A stretch of DNA of 61,245 nt, from the NCBI GenBank assembly GCA_022361255.1, contig JAKSBG010000475.1, forward strand, positions 1 to 61,245. The letters are read 5' to 3'. The notes below the pieces were generated by a model, which did not search any database, was not told the DNA's origin, and saw nothing but the letters and a program-made list of their open reading frames with translations. This DNA is from Verrucomicrobiales bacterium (GTDB lineage Bacteria > Verrucomicrobiota > Verrucomicrobiia > Verrucomicrobiales > DEV007). This document shows, in pieces, positions 9,950 through 19,556 of this stretch. The position numbers and the translations under genes are program-made. Each line of letters begins with the position of its first letter. Position 1 is the stretch's first letter.

Positions 9950-10405
9950 TTAACCCAGCCGGCTCATTATCGCCTGCGAGAGGGTTTTGCCATCCGCTCG
10001 ACCTGCAATTTCGGCTTGAACGATTTTCATGACCTGACCCATCTCCTTTCGCGACGTCGCACCCACTTCGGCGATGGCGGCGTCTACGATTTTCTCGATT
10101 TCTTCTGTGGAAAGAGGCTCAGGAAGATAGCCATTCAAAATTTCAATCTCGGCCTTCTCCTGCTCGGCGAGTTCATCCCGGCCCGCTTTTTCATACTGCT
10201 CGATGGAGTCCTGGCGCTTTTTGACTTCCTTGCGAACGACTGCCATGACTTCAGCGTCTTCGAGCTCGGCATAGGCGCCGCCTTTTTCGATCGCGGCATT
10301 CTTTACTGCCGATTTCAGCATGCGGATGGTATTCAGGGCGACGGTGTTTTTTTCACGCATCGCCGTTTTCATGTCCTCCGTAATCTGTTGGGATAATTCG
10401 CTCAT
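9950..10405 (-). CDS. GatB/YqeY domain protein
   Basis: DMKTAMR, KEVKKRQDSIEQY..AGR.EL...E..E..IL..YLP, MGQVM, GRADGK. Start moved to ATG 10405 (MSELSQQ). Confidence 0.92.
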   Translation of the reverse strand: MSELSQQITEDMKTAMREKNTVALNTIRMLKSAVKNAAIEKGGAYAELEDAEVMAVVRKEVKKRQDSIEQYEKAGRDELAEQEKAEIEILNGYLPEPLSTEEIEKIVDAAIAEVGATSRKEMGQVMKIVQAEIAGRADGKTLSQAIMSRLG

Positions 10406-10440
10406 GCGTCTAGGGTAGCCGCAATCAATCATTTCGCGAC

Positions 10441-10938
10441 GTGAAAAACGACTCATCCAAACCGACTCAACTCAGTGGCCGAATCTGGAAAATCGTCATG
10501 GGGCTTTTGCTCGTGGTGGTGGGATCTGTATTCGTGAACTATCTCTGGAATGCCTACCAGCGCGCCGCAAAGATGGATTCCTGGGTCGAGACGCCTTGCG
10601 TCATTGTTTCCTCATCCATTGACGATTCCGGTCGCAATCAAAAAGGCCTGCCCAAGTATGCTCTCGAAGTGGCCTACCGGTATACCTATGAGGGCAAAGA
10701 GCGGACTGGAGATCGATTTAAGCGGCTCCCGACCGAGGCGAGCGATCCGCGCAAGGTGAAGAGCAAGCTGAAGAAACTCGACCCCGGGAAGAGCACGGTC
10801 TGCTACGTGAATCCGCAGGCTCCGGGCGAGGCGGTTTTGAAAAAAGATACGAAAGCGGCTCTGTATTCGATCTGGTTTCCGTGCTTGTTCGTCGTCGGTG
10901 GATTGGGCATGATCGGTTCAGCGATTTTTCGACGATGA
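10441..10938 (+). CDS. DUF3592-like membrane protein
   Basis: N- and C-terminal TM segments, W.ETPC.I.SS, YRYTYEG, CYVNP..P.EAVL. GTG start. Confidence 0.75.
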   Translation: MKNDSSKPTQLSGRIWKIVMGLLLVVVGSVFVNYLWNAYQRAAKMDSWVETPCVIVSSSIDDSGRNQKGLPKYALEVAYRYTYEGKERTGDRFKRLPTEASDPRKVKSKLKKLDPGKSTVCYVNPQAPGEAVLKKDTKAALYSIWFPCLFVVGGLGMIGSAIFRR

Positions 10939-11876
10939 AAACCGGACTCCTTCTCGACCGCGAATTTTGTGATCATGACCCGGGGGCGCACCATCCGGAA
11001 GCGCCGGGACGCATCGAAGCGATTCTCGGAGAGCTAAGCGAAGCCGGGCTCGATCAAAGCTGCGAAGAAATTGCGGAGCGGGACGTGACGGATGACGAGG
11101 TCCTTCTCGCCCATACGGATGGATATTTGCAAACCGTGCTCCGGGAACTGGACGGCAGCTCGGGCCAGCTCAGCACGGGAGACACGAGTTTCGGACCCCG
11201 GTCGCTGCCGGTTGCGAGAAAGGCGACGGGAGGTTTGCTGAACGGGGTCGACGGAGTGATGAAAGGGGATTTCGACAACGCGTTTTGCGCGGTGCGCCCT
11301 CCCGGTCATCACGCGACACCGGACCGCGGAATGGGATTTTGCATTTTCAACAATGCTGCAGTGGCGGCTCGCTACGCGCAAAAAGAGTATGGACTCGAGC
11401 GGATTGCGATCATCGACTGGGATGTCCATCACGGGAACGGGACGCAGGACATTTTCTACGAAGACGGCAGTGTTTTCTATTTTTCCACTCATCAGTCCCC
11501 CTGGTATCCGGGGACAGGAGCGAAGGATGAAACGGGAGCCGGGACAGGTCGCGATACGACGCTCAATATTCCGCTTCCCGCCGGTAGCGGAATGGGAGAA
11601 ATCGGAAAGGCGTTTCGCGGTCCGTTCACGGAGAAGATGAAAGATTTCAAACCGGATCTCGTGATTATTTCTGCCGGATTCGACAGTCGGCAGGGTGATC
11701 CGCTCGGTGACTTCACGCTGACGGATTCCGATTTCGTCGATCTCACCAAAATTCTATTGGACATGGCGGGCGAATTTGCGGACGGGCGTCTCGTTTCTGT
11801 TCTCGAAGGGGGATACAATCAGGCCGGGCTGGCGAAAGCGGTGAGACATCATGTTGAGGCGCTGCGGGGTGAGTGA
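10935..11876 (+). CDS. Histone deacetylase family (Zn-dependent acetyl-lysine/acetylpolyamine amidohydrolase)
   Basis: HPE..R, RPPGHHA, GFC.FNN, DWDVHHGNGTQ, SAGFD, LEGGY. ATG 10935 overlaps the upstream stop (ATGA). Confidence 0.93.
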   Translation: MKTGLLLDREFCDHDPGAHHPEAPGRIEAILGELSEAGLDQSCEEIAERDVTDDEVLLAHTDGYLQTVLRELDGSSGQLSTGDTSFGPRSLPVARKATGGLLNGVDGVMKGDFDNAFCAVRPPGHHATPDRGMGFCIFNNAAVAARYAQKEYGLERIAIIDWDVHHGNGTQDIFYEDGSVFYFSTHQSPWYPGTGAKDETGAGTGRDTTLNIPLPAGSGMGEIGKAFRGPFTEKMKDFKPDLVIISAGFDSRQGDPLGDFTLTDSDFVDLTKILLDMAGEFADGRLVSVLEGGYNQAGLAKAVRHHVEALRGE

Positions 11877-11895
11877 GTCCAACGAACAAAGGTAT

Positions 11896-13290
11896 ATGAA
11901 ATCCATTTTCCTTTCTGTTTTTCTACTTCTGACGGCGTCCCTTCAGGCTGCCGACAAGCCTAACTTCATCGTCATTATGGTCGATGATATGGGCTACGAG
12001 GGAGTGAGTTGCTTCGGCAATCCGTATTTCGAAACGCCGGAGATTGACCGTCTGGCGGATGAAGGGATGCGCCTGACAGATTTTCACTCCTCCGGAACCC
12101 TGTGCTCTCCAACGCGTGCAGGATTGCTTACCGGGCGTTACCAGCAGCGGACGGGAATTGAGGCAGTGATTCATCCGGTGGCTGATCATCCCGAGCACAA
12201 AAAAGGACTGCAACTCTCGGAAACGACCTTTGCCGAGTCCCTCCGCGAGGCCGGCTATGCGACGGGACTGATCGGGAAATGGCATCAGGGTTACCCGGTC
12301 AATTCGGACGACTATCATCCCCAAAATCACGGCTTCGACGAATTCATCGGCTATCACAGCGGCAATATTGATTTCGTCAGTCACGTCGGTGATCACAATG
12401 AGCACGACTGGTGGCACGGAAAGAAAGAAACGCAGGAGGAAGGTTACGTAACCCATCTCATCAATCGCTACGCCGACGAGTTTGTGCGAAAGCACGGAGT
12501 TGGGGAAAAGCCGTTTTGCCTCTACCTCGCGCATGAGTCGATTCACAACCCGGTTCAGGTTCCCGGTGATCCGGTTCGCCGCACCAAAGACAACTGGGAT
12601 CGCTGGAAATGGCGTGAAGTGTCAGAAGAGGAGCGGATCGCGAAATACAAAGGGATGACTCTCCCGATCGATGAAGGTGTCGGGCAACTCCGGGAAACCC
12701 TCATCGAATTGGGGATCGAGAAAAACACCTTCGTCCTCTTTTTCTCGGACAATGGAGCGTCGGGGGATTTTCCGAGCGGTTCTCCCGCGCTTCGCGGCAA
12801 CAAAGGCAGTGTCTACGAAGGCGGTCACAAAGTCCCTGCAATCGCATGGTGGCCGGGGAAAATCCGTCCGGGAACGGCGAGCGACCAGCCCGTGATTTCC
12901 ATCGACGTGATGCCGACTCTCCTCGGTTTGGCGGGGGCGGCAACAGAGAAAAAACTCGACGGAGTTGATCTGGCTCCGCTATTGCTCGCGGACAAAACGT
13001 TGTCTCCACGGCCGCTCTACTGGGCCTCGATGGGGAACAATGGAAGCCGGTCGGAAGCGATGCGGGACGGCCCCTGGAAGCTCGTGGTTTTCCATCCGAA
13101 GGCAAAGCCCGGAACATTCGAAAACGAGAGGGCCGAGCTGTATCACCTCGCCCGTGATCCGGGGGAAACGAATGACCTGGCCGGAGACTATCCTGACCGA
13201 ACAGCCAACATGCTGTCAGAGCTCAAGAGCTGGTTTGCTGATACGCAAAAAACCGCGACGCCACAGGTGGGAGGTTGGCTGACTGATTGA
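11896..13290 (+). CDS. Secreted sulfatase (family S1, Cys-type)
   Basis: Signal peptide MKSIFL..., DDMG, CSPTRAGLLTGR, GKWH, SDNG, KGSVYEGG. Confidence 0.93.
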   Translation: MKSIFLSVFLLLTASLQAADKPNFIVIMVDDMGYEGVSCFGNPYFETPEIDRLADEGMRLTDFHSSGTLCSPTRAGLLTGRYQQRTGIEAVIHPVADHPEHKKGLQLSETTFAESLREAGYATGLIGKWHQGYPVNSDDYHPQNHGFDEFIGYHSGNIDFVSHVGDHNEHDWWHGKKETQEEGYVTHLINRYADEFVRKHGVGEKPFCLYLAHESIHNPVQVPGDPVRRTKDNWDRWKWREVSEEERIAKYKGMTLPIDEGVGQLRETLIELGIEKNTFVLFFSDNGASGDFPSGSPALRGNKGSVYEGGHKVPAIAWWPGKIRPGTASDQPVISIDVMPTLLGLAGAATEKKLDGVDLAPLLLADKTLSPRPLYWASMGNNGSRSEAMRDGPWKLVVFHPKAKPGTFENERAELYHLARDPGETNDLAGDYPDRTANMLSELKSWFADTQKTATPQVGGWLTD

Positions 13291-13293
13291 ATC

Positions 13294-14475
13294 CTACTTT
13301 TGCTCCTTTTGATAGCGCGCCAGCGCCTGCCCCAGCTGTCGCCCCACTGCCTCATATCCGTCCGTCGTACTGGCGGAGGTGTTCCATGCTGTTTCCAAAG
13401 TGACGGAAATGGCATCTGTTCCAAGAAGAGCAACCCAGTTCTTGGAGATTGCATTCCATGCTTTGGGATCGTATTTCGATCCGGATTCGATGGTCTGCCC
13501 TGCGAACCGAAGTGGTTCTTTCATTTCCTCTTTCACCAATGCGAGAAACCGGAGCTGGTTCGCGTGGGCCCGCGGTGTCAGGATATCTTTCGGGGGGACG
13601 TAAAAATAGGGAAAGCGTGAGCCGGCTCCCGGATTGTGAAGATCGATGTAGGCGGCCAGTCTTCCCTCTTCTGCGGCAGCGCGGAGTTCTTTCTGTGCCG
13701 CGGCGACGGCATTCCAGTGCGGGTTTTCGGTCCAGTCGCGGTTGTGATCCTGCGGCCTTTGCGATTTGCCGCCAGCGCCGCGAAAGACATTGTCGATATC
13801 CATCACGGGAACAAAAACCACCTCCGTGTCCTGCCGGAACGCTACGGAATCCGGTGCATTGGAAAGCAACCATTCGGCAAATCCTTTACCTACCCAGCTC
13901 GAACCGGATTCCCATGCATGCTGCCGCGCATGAATCCAGATCAACGGTTTTCCCTCTCCGGATTTCACTCGCAGCGCCGGTGTTTCCCGGCCTTCTTTTG
14001 TGGTGCAGAGTGAAAAGGCGGATGCCTGCCCGTTTCGGGCCGCGAGCCGATTCACCAGGTTGGCAGAATCCTCCGGAGTAAACGGTGGCCCCCAGGCAAG
14101 GAGGATAGGTTTCCCGGTTCCCGTTACCCGATAGCGAATCCGCTTTTCTTTTCGGGTCCCGGGATGCGTATGCTGCCAGTTTTTTCCATTGTCGAAACTG
14201 ACGGAGGCCTGATCCGGAGTGGCCCACGGGGCATCGCCCACGTCTACCGTCCAGGCCTCGTTTTCCGGAATTCCGAGGATCTTCACGTACCACCAGCAAC
14301 GCCAGCCCTTATCGGCGTGGTTCGTCGGATGGAGAACCACAAGCTTTTCTCCGGCGTCGATCCGTTCTACTTCTCCCGATCCACCGGGAAATTCTGATTC
14401 GATTGTGATTTCCTGAGCTTCACACAGAGTGGACAGGACAACGGCAACGAGGAGTGTGCGAGTGAAGGCAGTCAT
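13294..14475 (-). CDS. Secreted M14-family zinc carboxypeptidase
   Basis: ARQHAWE (HxxE), DHNRDW, IDLH, TLET; signal peptide from ATG 14475 (MTAFTRTLL). The ORF-track extension to 15195 is antisense to the next gene. Confidence 0.82.
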   Translation of the reverse strand: MTAFTRTLLVAVVLSTLCEAQEITIESEFPGGSGEVERIDAGEKLVVLHPTNHADKGWRCWWYVKILGIPENEAWTVDVGDAPWATPDQASVSFDNGKNWQHTHPGTRKEKRIRYRVTGTGKPILLAWGPPFTPEDSANLVNRLAARNGQASAFSLCTTKEGRETPALRVKSGEGKPLIWIHARQHAWESGSSWVGKGFAEWLLSNAPDSVAFRQDTEVVFVPVMDIDNVFRGAGGKSQRPQDHNRDWTENPHWNAVAAAQKELRAAAEEGRLAAYIDLHNPGAGSRFPYFYVPPKDILTPRAHANQLRFLALVKEEMKEPLRFAGQTIESGSKYDPKAWNAISKNWVALLGTDAISVTLETAWNTSASTTDGYEAVGRQLGQALARYQKEQK

Positions 14476-14589
14476 GATGGAAGCTTCGCATGGTAGAAAA
14501 AGAGGGGCGTCCCGCCAATGGCCCGGTTTCCGTATATCTGCCAGATCGAGAGCTTGCCCGGCGTGGGGCTGATAGCGAACACTTCGGGC

Positions 14590-16122
14590 ATGCTGCGTAT
14601 CATCTTTTTGCTGTCTGTCTTTGCCGGAGTTGCGCTGGCAAATGAAGCCACCGGAGTTGTCTTTCACGACAAAAATGGAAACGGGATCCGCGACGAGGGG
14701 GAGCCCGGCATTCCGAATGTTGGCGTCTCGAACCAACGTGAAGTCGTCGTGACGAATGCGGAGGGGAAATGGACCCTCCCTCATGATGACGACACCATCT
14801 TCTTCGTGATCAAGCCGGGCGGCTGGAAAACTCCGGTAAATAAATTCCAGCTCCCGCAGTTTTACTATATTCATAAACCGAAAGGTTCCCCGAAAGATTT
14901 TCGCTACGCCGGGGTTGAGCCGACAGGCCCTCTGCCGAAGTCGATAGACTTTCCTCTGTTGAAAGCGGAAGAGCCGGACACCTTTAAAGCCATTTTCTTC
15001 GGAGACCCTCAGCCCCAGGGAATCGAGCAGATCGATTACATGGCTCACGATGTCATCGCTGAACTGATTGGGACTGATGCGAAATTCGGGGTCACTCTGG
15101 GCGACATCCTGTTCGATAATCTTGATCTGTTCCGGGCTTCCAACGCCAACGTCGCGATGATCGGAATTCCCTGGTACAACGTCGTGGGCAATCACGATAT
15201 CAATTTCGATTCACCGAACGATGTCGATTCCGACGAAACGTTTCACAAACACTTCGGACCGAACTACTACAGCTTTGACTACGGAGCGGTGCATTTTCTT
15301 GTTCTCGACGATGTCGAGTGGGGACGAACCAGTTCGAGTGGAAAGAAAACCTACGTCGGTGGTCTCGATGAGGAGCAACTCACATTTATCAAAAATGATC
15401 TCGCCCTCGTGCCGGAGGAAAAGCTGGTCATGCTGATGATGCACATCCCGCTGACGACCGTGGAGAATCGAACGGAGCTCTACCGGTTGATTGAAAAACG
15501 ACCGTATTCCCTCAGCATTTCCGGCCACACGCACTGGCACGCGCATCAATACATTACCAAAGCAGACGGTTGGGAGGGGGAGGAGCCTCATCACCATATT
15601 GTAAATGTGACCGTGTCAGGAACGTGGTGGAAGGGGAGAAAAGACGAGCAGGGCATTCCCCACGCCACGATGCGGGATGGTGCGCCGAACGGGTATTCCA
15701 TCATGACTTTCGACGGAGTCAATCATACGCTGGATTTCAAAGCAGCCCGTCAGCCCGCGTCCTACCAAATGAACATCCATGCCCCCGATGTCGTGGGGGC
15801 GTCCGATCCCGAACCGAACTTCGTCTATGTGAACGTCTTCAACGGATCGGATAAATCGAAAGTCAGTATGAAAGTGGGATCCGGCGAATGGATTGTCCTC
15901 GAAAAAGTTCTCGAACCGGATCCTCACTATGTGGAGACGAGGGATCGGGAGTTGGCTGCCGATCCGGAAACACGGCAGCTGAACGGTCCGGTGCCTTCCG
16001 CTCATCTCTGGAAAGCGGAGCTTCCGTCCGGATTAGCAGTGGGTAGCCATCTCATTCGGGTGAAGGCGACTGATGCCTACGGACGCGAGCACTCCGGTCG
16101 GCGAATTGTCCGGGTCGAGTGA
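14590..16122 (+). CDS. Secreted calcineurin-like metallophosphoesterase with N- and C-terminal accessory domains
   Basis: GDPQ, GD, GNHD, HIP, GHTH metal motifs; G.VFHD.NGNG.RD.GE.GI N-domain; DGAPNGY; signal peptide from ATG 14590. Confidence 0.88.
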   Translation: MLRIIFLLSVFAGVALANEATGVVFHDKNGNGIRDEGEPGIPNVGVSNQREVVVTNAEGKWTLPHDDDTIFFVIKPGGWKTPVNKFQLPQFYYIHKPKGSPKDFRYAGVEPTGPLPKSIDFPLLKAEEPDTFKAIFFGDPQPQGIEQIDYMAHDVIAELIGTDAKFGVTLGDILFDNLDLFRASNANVAMIGIPWYNVVGNHDINFDSPNDVDSDETFHKHFGPNYYSFDYGAVHFLVLDDVEWGRTSSSGKKTYVGGLDEEQLTFIKNDLALVPEEKLVMLMMHIPLTTVENRTELYRLIEKRPYSLSISGHTHWHAHQYITKADGWEGEEPHHHIVNVTVSGTWWKGRKDEQGIPHATMRDGAPNGYSIMTFDGVNHTLDFKAARQPASYQMNIHAPDVVGASDPEPNFVYVNVFNGSDKSKVSMKVGSGEWIVLEKVLEPDPHYVETRDRELAADPETRQLNGPVPSAHLWKAELPSGLAVGSHLIRVKATDAYGREHSGRRIVRVE

Positions 16123-16171
16123 GCTGCGAAGCTCGCGGGGTTCGAACCAGGTCAGATCGGAACTTTCCGTT

Positions 16172-17176
16172 CTACTCTTTGATTCGCCAGACATCATACT
16201 GGCGGTGCGGTCGATCAGACTTTCCGATTTCAAACCCGTTGGACTCCGCGAAATTCCCGGCGATTTCCCCGCATCTTCCGGAATCGTATCGGCCGGAGTG
16301 TGCATGGAGCAAATAGCGCAAGGTGAGCGGATTTTCTTTCGTGACTTCCCACCCCTCATCAAAGCAGAACGACGCGCCCATCCAGCCGTCGGAGCGGACA
16401 TGCCATTTCGTCGGGTAACGGGGGTTGTCCGGATGGTCGAAAAAGGTGATGCCTTCTTGAACCACTTCTCGTTTCTCTCCCGTCCCGACAGCGACTGGTC
16501 CCGAGTAGTCGACCCACTTCGCCGATTTTCCGAAGATTTCTTTTTCCCCGACTGCGCCTTCGCTGTTGGTGATCTGTCCTCCACCAAAATGATGTGACAA
16601 ACTCTTTGCGACGCGCACGGCGAGAAAGCCGAAATTCGTTTTTCCGAGCTCGACGCTCTCTTTTCCTTCCGGCGGGCGCAGCGTGATCTGGATTTCGAGA
16701 ACGTGTTCACCCGATTTCCCCGGGAGGGAAGCCGCGACGAGATCCTGAATCATCAGCACGTCACCCGCTTTTCCAACATATTCCAGTTTCGTCGCCATGA
16801 TGGATTCCTCCTTCCCGTCCCGGTAGGCATACCAGTGCTTTTGACGAATCTGCGTTTCGCCGGAGTCGCCCCAGAAATTTTCTCCGGCCACATCCATGTG
16901 AGCGAACCAGATGGAACGATGGTGATCGTGATTCTCCGCTCCGGGATGTCCCATCCGGGTCAGCGAAACGCCAGAGGGTCCATTGAACGGATAAAAAAAC
17001 GGGCGCGGATACTGCCCGCCGAAATGCCATTTGGTTTTCAGCTCGCCTTCCGCCCGGAATTCCACCTGATTTTCGGGGAGGGGGATGAGTTCACAGCGAT
17101 GGGGTTTCCATTCTTCCTGAGACAATCCCGTTGTTGCTATGGCGAGGGCGCAGATCGCGAATCGAACTGTTTTCAT
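16172..17176 (-). CDS. DUF6807 ('PmoA-like' label) secreted protein
   Basis: RPFFYP..GP.G..LTR, HDHHRSIWFAH, FGFLAVRV, W.DYSG, DHPDNP.YPT.WHVR; signal peptide from ATG 17176. Confidence 0.75.
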   Translation of the reverse strand: MKTVRFAICALAIATTGLSQEEWKPHRCELIPLPENQVEFRAEGELKTKWHFGGQYPRPFFYPFNGPSGVSLTRMGHPGAENHDHHRSIWFAHMDVAGENFWGDSGETQIRQKHWYAYRDGKEESIMATKLEYVGKAGDVLMIQDLVAASLPGKSGEHVLEIQITLRPPEGKESVELGKTNFGFLAVRVAKSLSHHFGGGQITNSEGAVGEKEIFGKSAKWVDYSGPVAVGTGEKREVVQEGITFFDHPDNPRYPTKWHVRSDGWMGASFCFDEGWEVTKENPLTLRYLLHAHSGRYDSGRCGEIAGNFAESNGFEIGKSDRPHRQYDVWRIKE

Positions 17177-17246
17177 CGCTTCATCAAAACCGAATCGTAC
17201 GAAAGAAAGCAAGAGCTCGAATCCCTGATACGGGTATCGGGCGCTC

Positions 17247-17320
17247 GAAAGTAGCCGCGCTCGCAAGAGCGTGGTCGGTCCGCAGCCTCCTGCCACCGTC
17301 TTGCGACGGCGGCTACTTTC
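17247..17320. repeat. REP-like inverted doublet, GTAG type (two 28-bp arms, 18-bp spacer)
   Basis: Left arm GAAAGTAGCCGCGCTCGCAAGAGCGTGG (17247-17274). Right arm on the minus strand is GAAAGTAGCCGCCGTCGCAAGACGGTGG (17293-17320). Each arm is GTAG plus a stem with a GCAA loop. Confidence 0.85.
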
Positions 17321-17356
17321 CGTTGATCGGGGTGGAAAATCCGGCTTTCTTATCCT

Positions 17357-18811
17357 ATGCCCCGCTCCACTTCGCTTATTCTTGCCGTATCGCTCTTTCT
17401 TTTCCCGTCAGCCGGGGCCGGATCTCCGGAGGACGTCATCGCTGAGATGGAGAAAATTCAGGACGAATCGGCGACAAAGACGGCTTCGCTCGGGCTGTGT
17501 CTCATTCCGGTGGACGGCGAACCGTCCGATGCCTTTGGCTATCACACCAACACCGGACTGATCCCGGCGTCGACGATGAAAGCGATTACGACCGCGACGG
17601 CGAATGAAATCCTCGGAGGCGACTTCCGCTTTACGACGGAGCTTCAGCTGGCGGGTGCTCTGGGGTAGGACGGCGTGCTGAAAGGTGACGTCATCGTTCG
17701 CGGCGGCGGCGATCCCACACTCGGTTCCTCAAATATCGCTTCGACTTTTGCCAAATGGCAGGCTGCGCTGAAGGAGGCGGGGGTGAATTCGGTCGAAGGC
17801 TCCATAGTCGGTGATGCCACCATTTTCGGAAACAAACTCGTCCCGGATTCCTGGCAGTGGAACGATATGGGAAACTACTACGGGGCAGGAGCCTGCGGTC
17901 TGACCTTTCACCAGAATCTCTACTACTGCTCATTCAAGACTCCGAAAGTCGGAGGAAAAGCTCCATTCGTCGGCACCGATCCGAAACTTCCCGGACGGGA
18001 ATTTTTCAATGAAATGCGGGTCGGTTCGGCGGGGTCTGGCGACCAGGGCTACATTTTCGGAGCACCGTACGGAAAGGTGTTTTATCTGCGCGGAACGGTT
18101 CCTGCCGGAAGCGGGTCCTTCACCATCAAAGGGTCTCTTCCTGATCCGGCTTTCTTTTGTGCCCGGGCTTTCTCGAAACATCTCAATAACAACGGATTGG
18201 AAGTATCCGGTGAGCCAACCACGATCCGGATTCTCTCCGCTGCCGGGAAATCCGTCGCGGCGCGCAAGGTGATCCACACGCAGGAATCGGAAACGCTTTC
18301 CTCCATCATGTTCCTGACAAACATGAAATCGAACAATCTGCGTGCCGAGTGCATTCATCGCATGATCGGTGTGGAGAAAAAAAAGAAAGGCACGATCGAA
18401 GCATCTTCCGACGCAGTTCGTGAATACTGGGCGGCGAAAGGAGTCGACATGCGCGGTTTTTACATGGATGACGGATGCGGACTCTCCCGGGCGAATCTGG
18501 TGACTCCGCGCCAGATGGCGGAAATTCTCTATCACGCCGCGAAGGGGGATTCTTTTCAGACGTTTTACAAGACCCTGCCGGTCGCGGGCCAGTCAGGAAC
18601 TCTTCGCAGCATGGGTCGGGGGACTGCATCCTCCGGCCGGATTGTGGCGAAAAGCGGAACGATCGGGCGCGTCCGCAACTATGCCGGATACGTCAACGCC
18701 CGGTCCGGGAAACGTTACGCATTCAGCATTTTCTTCACCAATTACTCAGGCGATCTCAGCACGATCAAATCGCAGATTGTACGTGTCTGGAATAAGATGG
18801 TGGCTTTGTGA
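17357..18811 (+). pseudogene. dacB: D-alanyl-D-alanine carboxypeptidase/endopeptidase (PBP4, peptidase S13) interrupted by one in-frame TAG at 17666-17668
   Basis: ORFs 17357-17668 and 17675-18811 share a frame. PASTMK (SxxK) lies before the stop; GGGDP, SNN, DGCGLSR.N and AKSGT lie after it. Could be a sequence error rather than a true pseudogene. Confidence 0.85.
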
Positions 18812-18869
18812 GAGTATGTGCCTAACCCGAATGAAAAACGGAGTCCCGCCTACTTTTTTCCGTTACCAG

Positions 18870-19448
18870 ATGAACGTGCGACGTCTTCTTTTTTGCCTTG
18901 TCGCCGGCTTTTTGGCTTCATTCGCTTTTGCCATTGATCCCCATCCGGACGCCGTTCCGAATACCCATCCGCCCGGGCATGTTGATATCGAAGCAAATGT
19001 CGCTTTCATCGTTGCCGATCCTGCTGAGCTTGAGGGCATTGTACTCGACGAAACCGATGCCAGTCTGGTCGGGGACTGGCAATACTCCACTCATACGCCG
19101 CCTTACGTGGGAATTGGCTATCTCCACGATCAGAAGAAAGGAAAAGGAGAAAAATCCGTCACCTGGGAACTCGATCTCCCTGCAGCCGGGAAATACGAAG
19201 TGCGGGTTTCGCACTGCTACAACGTCCGGCGTTCGACAAAAGCGCCCGTCACCATTCATCATCGTGACGGAAAAACGACGGTTCGTATCAACCAGCAGGA
19301 AGTTCCCCCGCTTGGAAAACTGTTTCGTTCTCTCGGCATTTTCTCTTTCGATGCCGGAAAGTCCGGTCGCATCGTCATTTCAAATGACGGGACCGAGGAC
19401 AACAAAGTTGTCATCGCCGACGCGGTGCAGCTGATTCGGTTGAAATAG
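18870..19448 (+). CDS. Secreted small beta-sandwich protein (golvesin C-terminal / xanthan-lyase-associated CBM-like domain)
   Basis: Signal peptide from ATG 18870; GDW..ST, G.GYLHD, AGKYEVR, I.I.N.GT, VIADAVQ. Confidence 0.72.
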   Translation: MNVRRLLFCLVAGFLASFAFAIDPHPDAVPNTHPPGHVDIEANVAFIVADPAELEGIVLDETDASLVGDWQYSTHTPPYVGIGYLHDQKKGKGEKSVTWELDLPAAGKYEVRVSHCYNVRRSTKAPVTIHHRDGKTTVRINQQEVPPLGKLFRSLGIFSFDAGKSGRIVISNDGTEDNKVVIADAVQLIRLK

Positions 19449-19499
19449 GAAAGGGCGCGGGGGGGCGGACAGGGTTGAGTTCCCTCCCCGATACGGTCC

Positions 19500-19527
19500 T
19501 TGACGCTGCAACGCCACGGGCTAGAAT
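19500..19527 (+). promoter_or_regulatory. Candidate sigma70 promoter for the transporter/oxidoreductase operon
   Basis: TTGACG (19500-19505), 16-bp spacer, TAGAAT (19522-19527), about 30 bp before ATG 19557. Confidence 0.55.
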
Positions 19528-19556
19528 CGCGGGACATTTTTTACTACCAAGACCCC

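Noticed and set aside
14476-15195. Apparent 240-aa N-terminal extension making a 633-aa M14 peptidase fusion
   Set aside because: The extension is mostly the antisense of the phosphoesterase gene; a signal peptide begins at ATG 14475.
16123-16171. GGTTCGAACC resembling a tRNA T-loop
   Set aside because: Only 49 bp lie between convergent genes, with no cloverleaf or acceptor stem.
16172-17176. 'PmoA' family label suggesting methane monooxygenase
   Set aside because: The protein is soluble and secreted, lacks PmoA transmembrane helices, and no pmoB or pmoC is nearby.
17666-17668. Pyrrolysine or alternative genetic code at the dacB amber codon
   Set aside because: TAG is used as a normal stop by many genes here, there are no pyl genes in the window, and no other gene shows an internal TAG. 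Kept only as a minor alternative.
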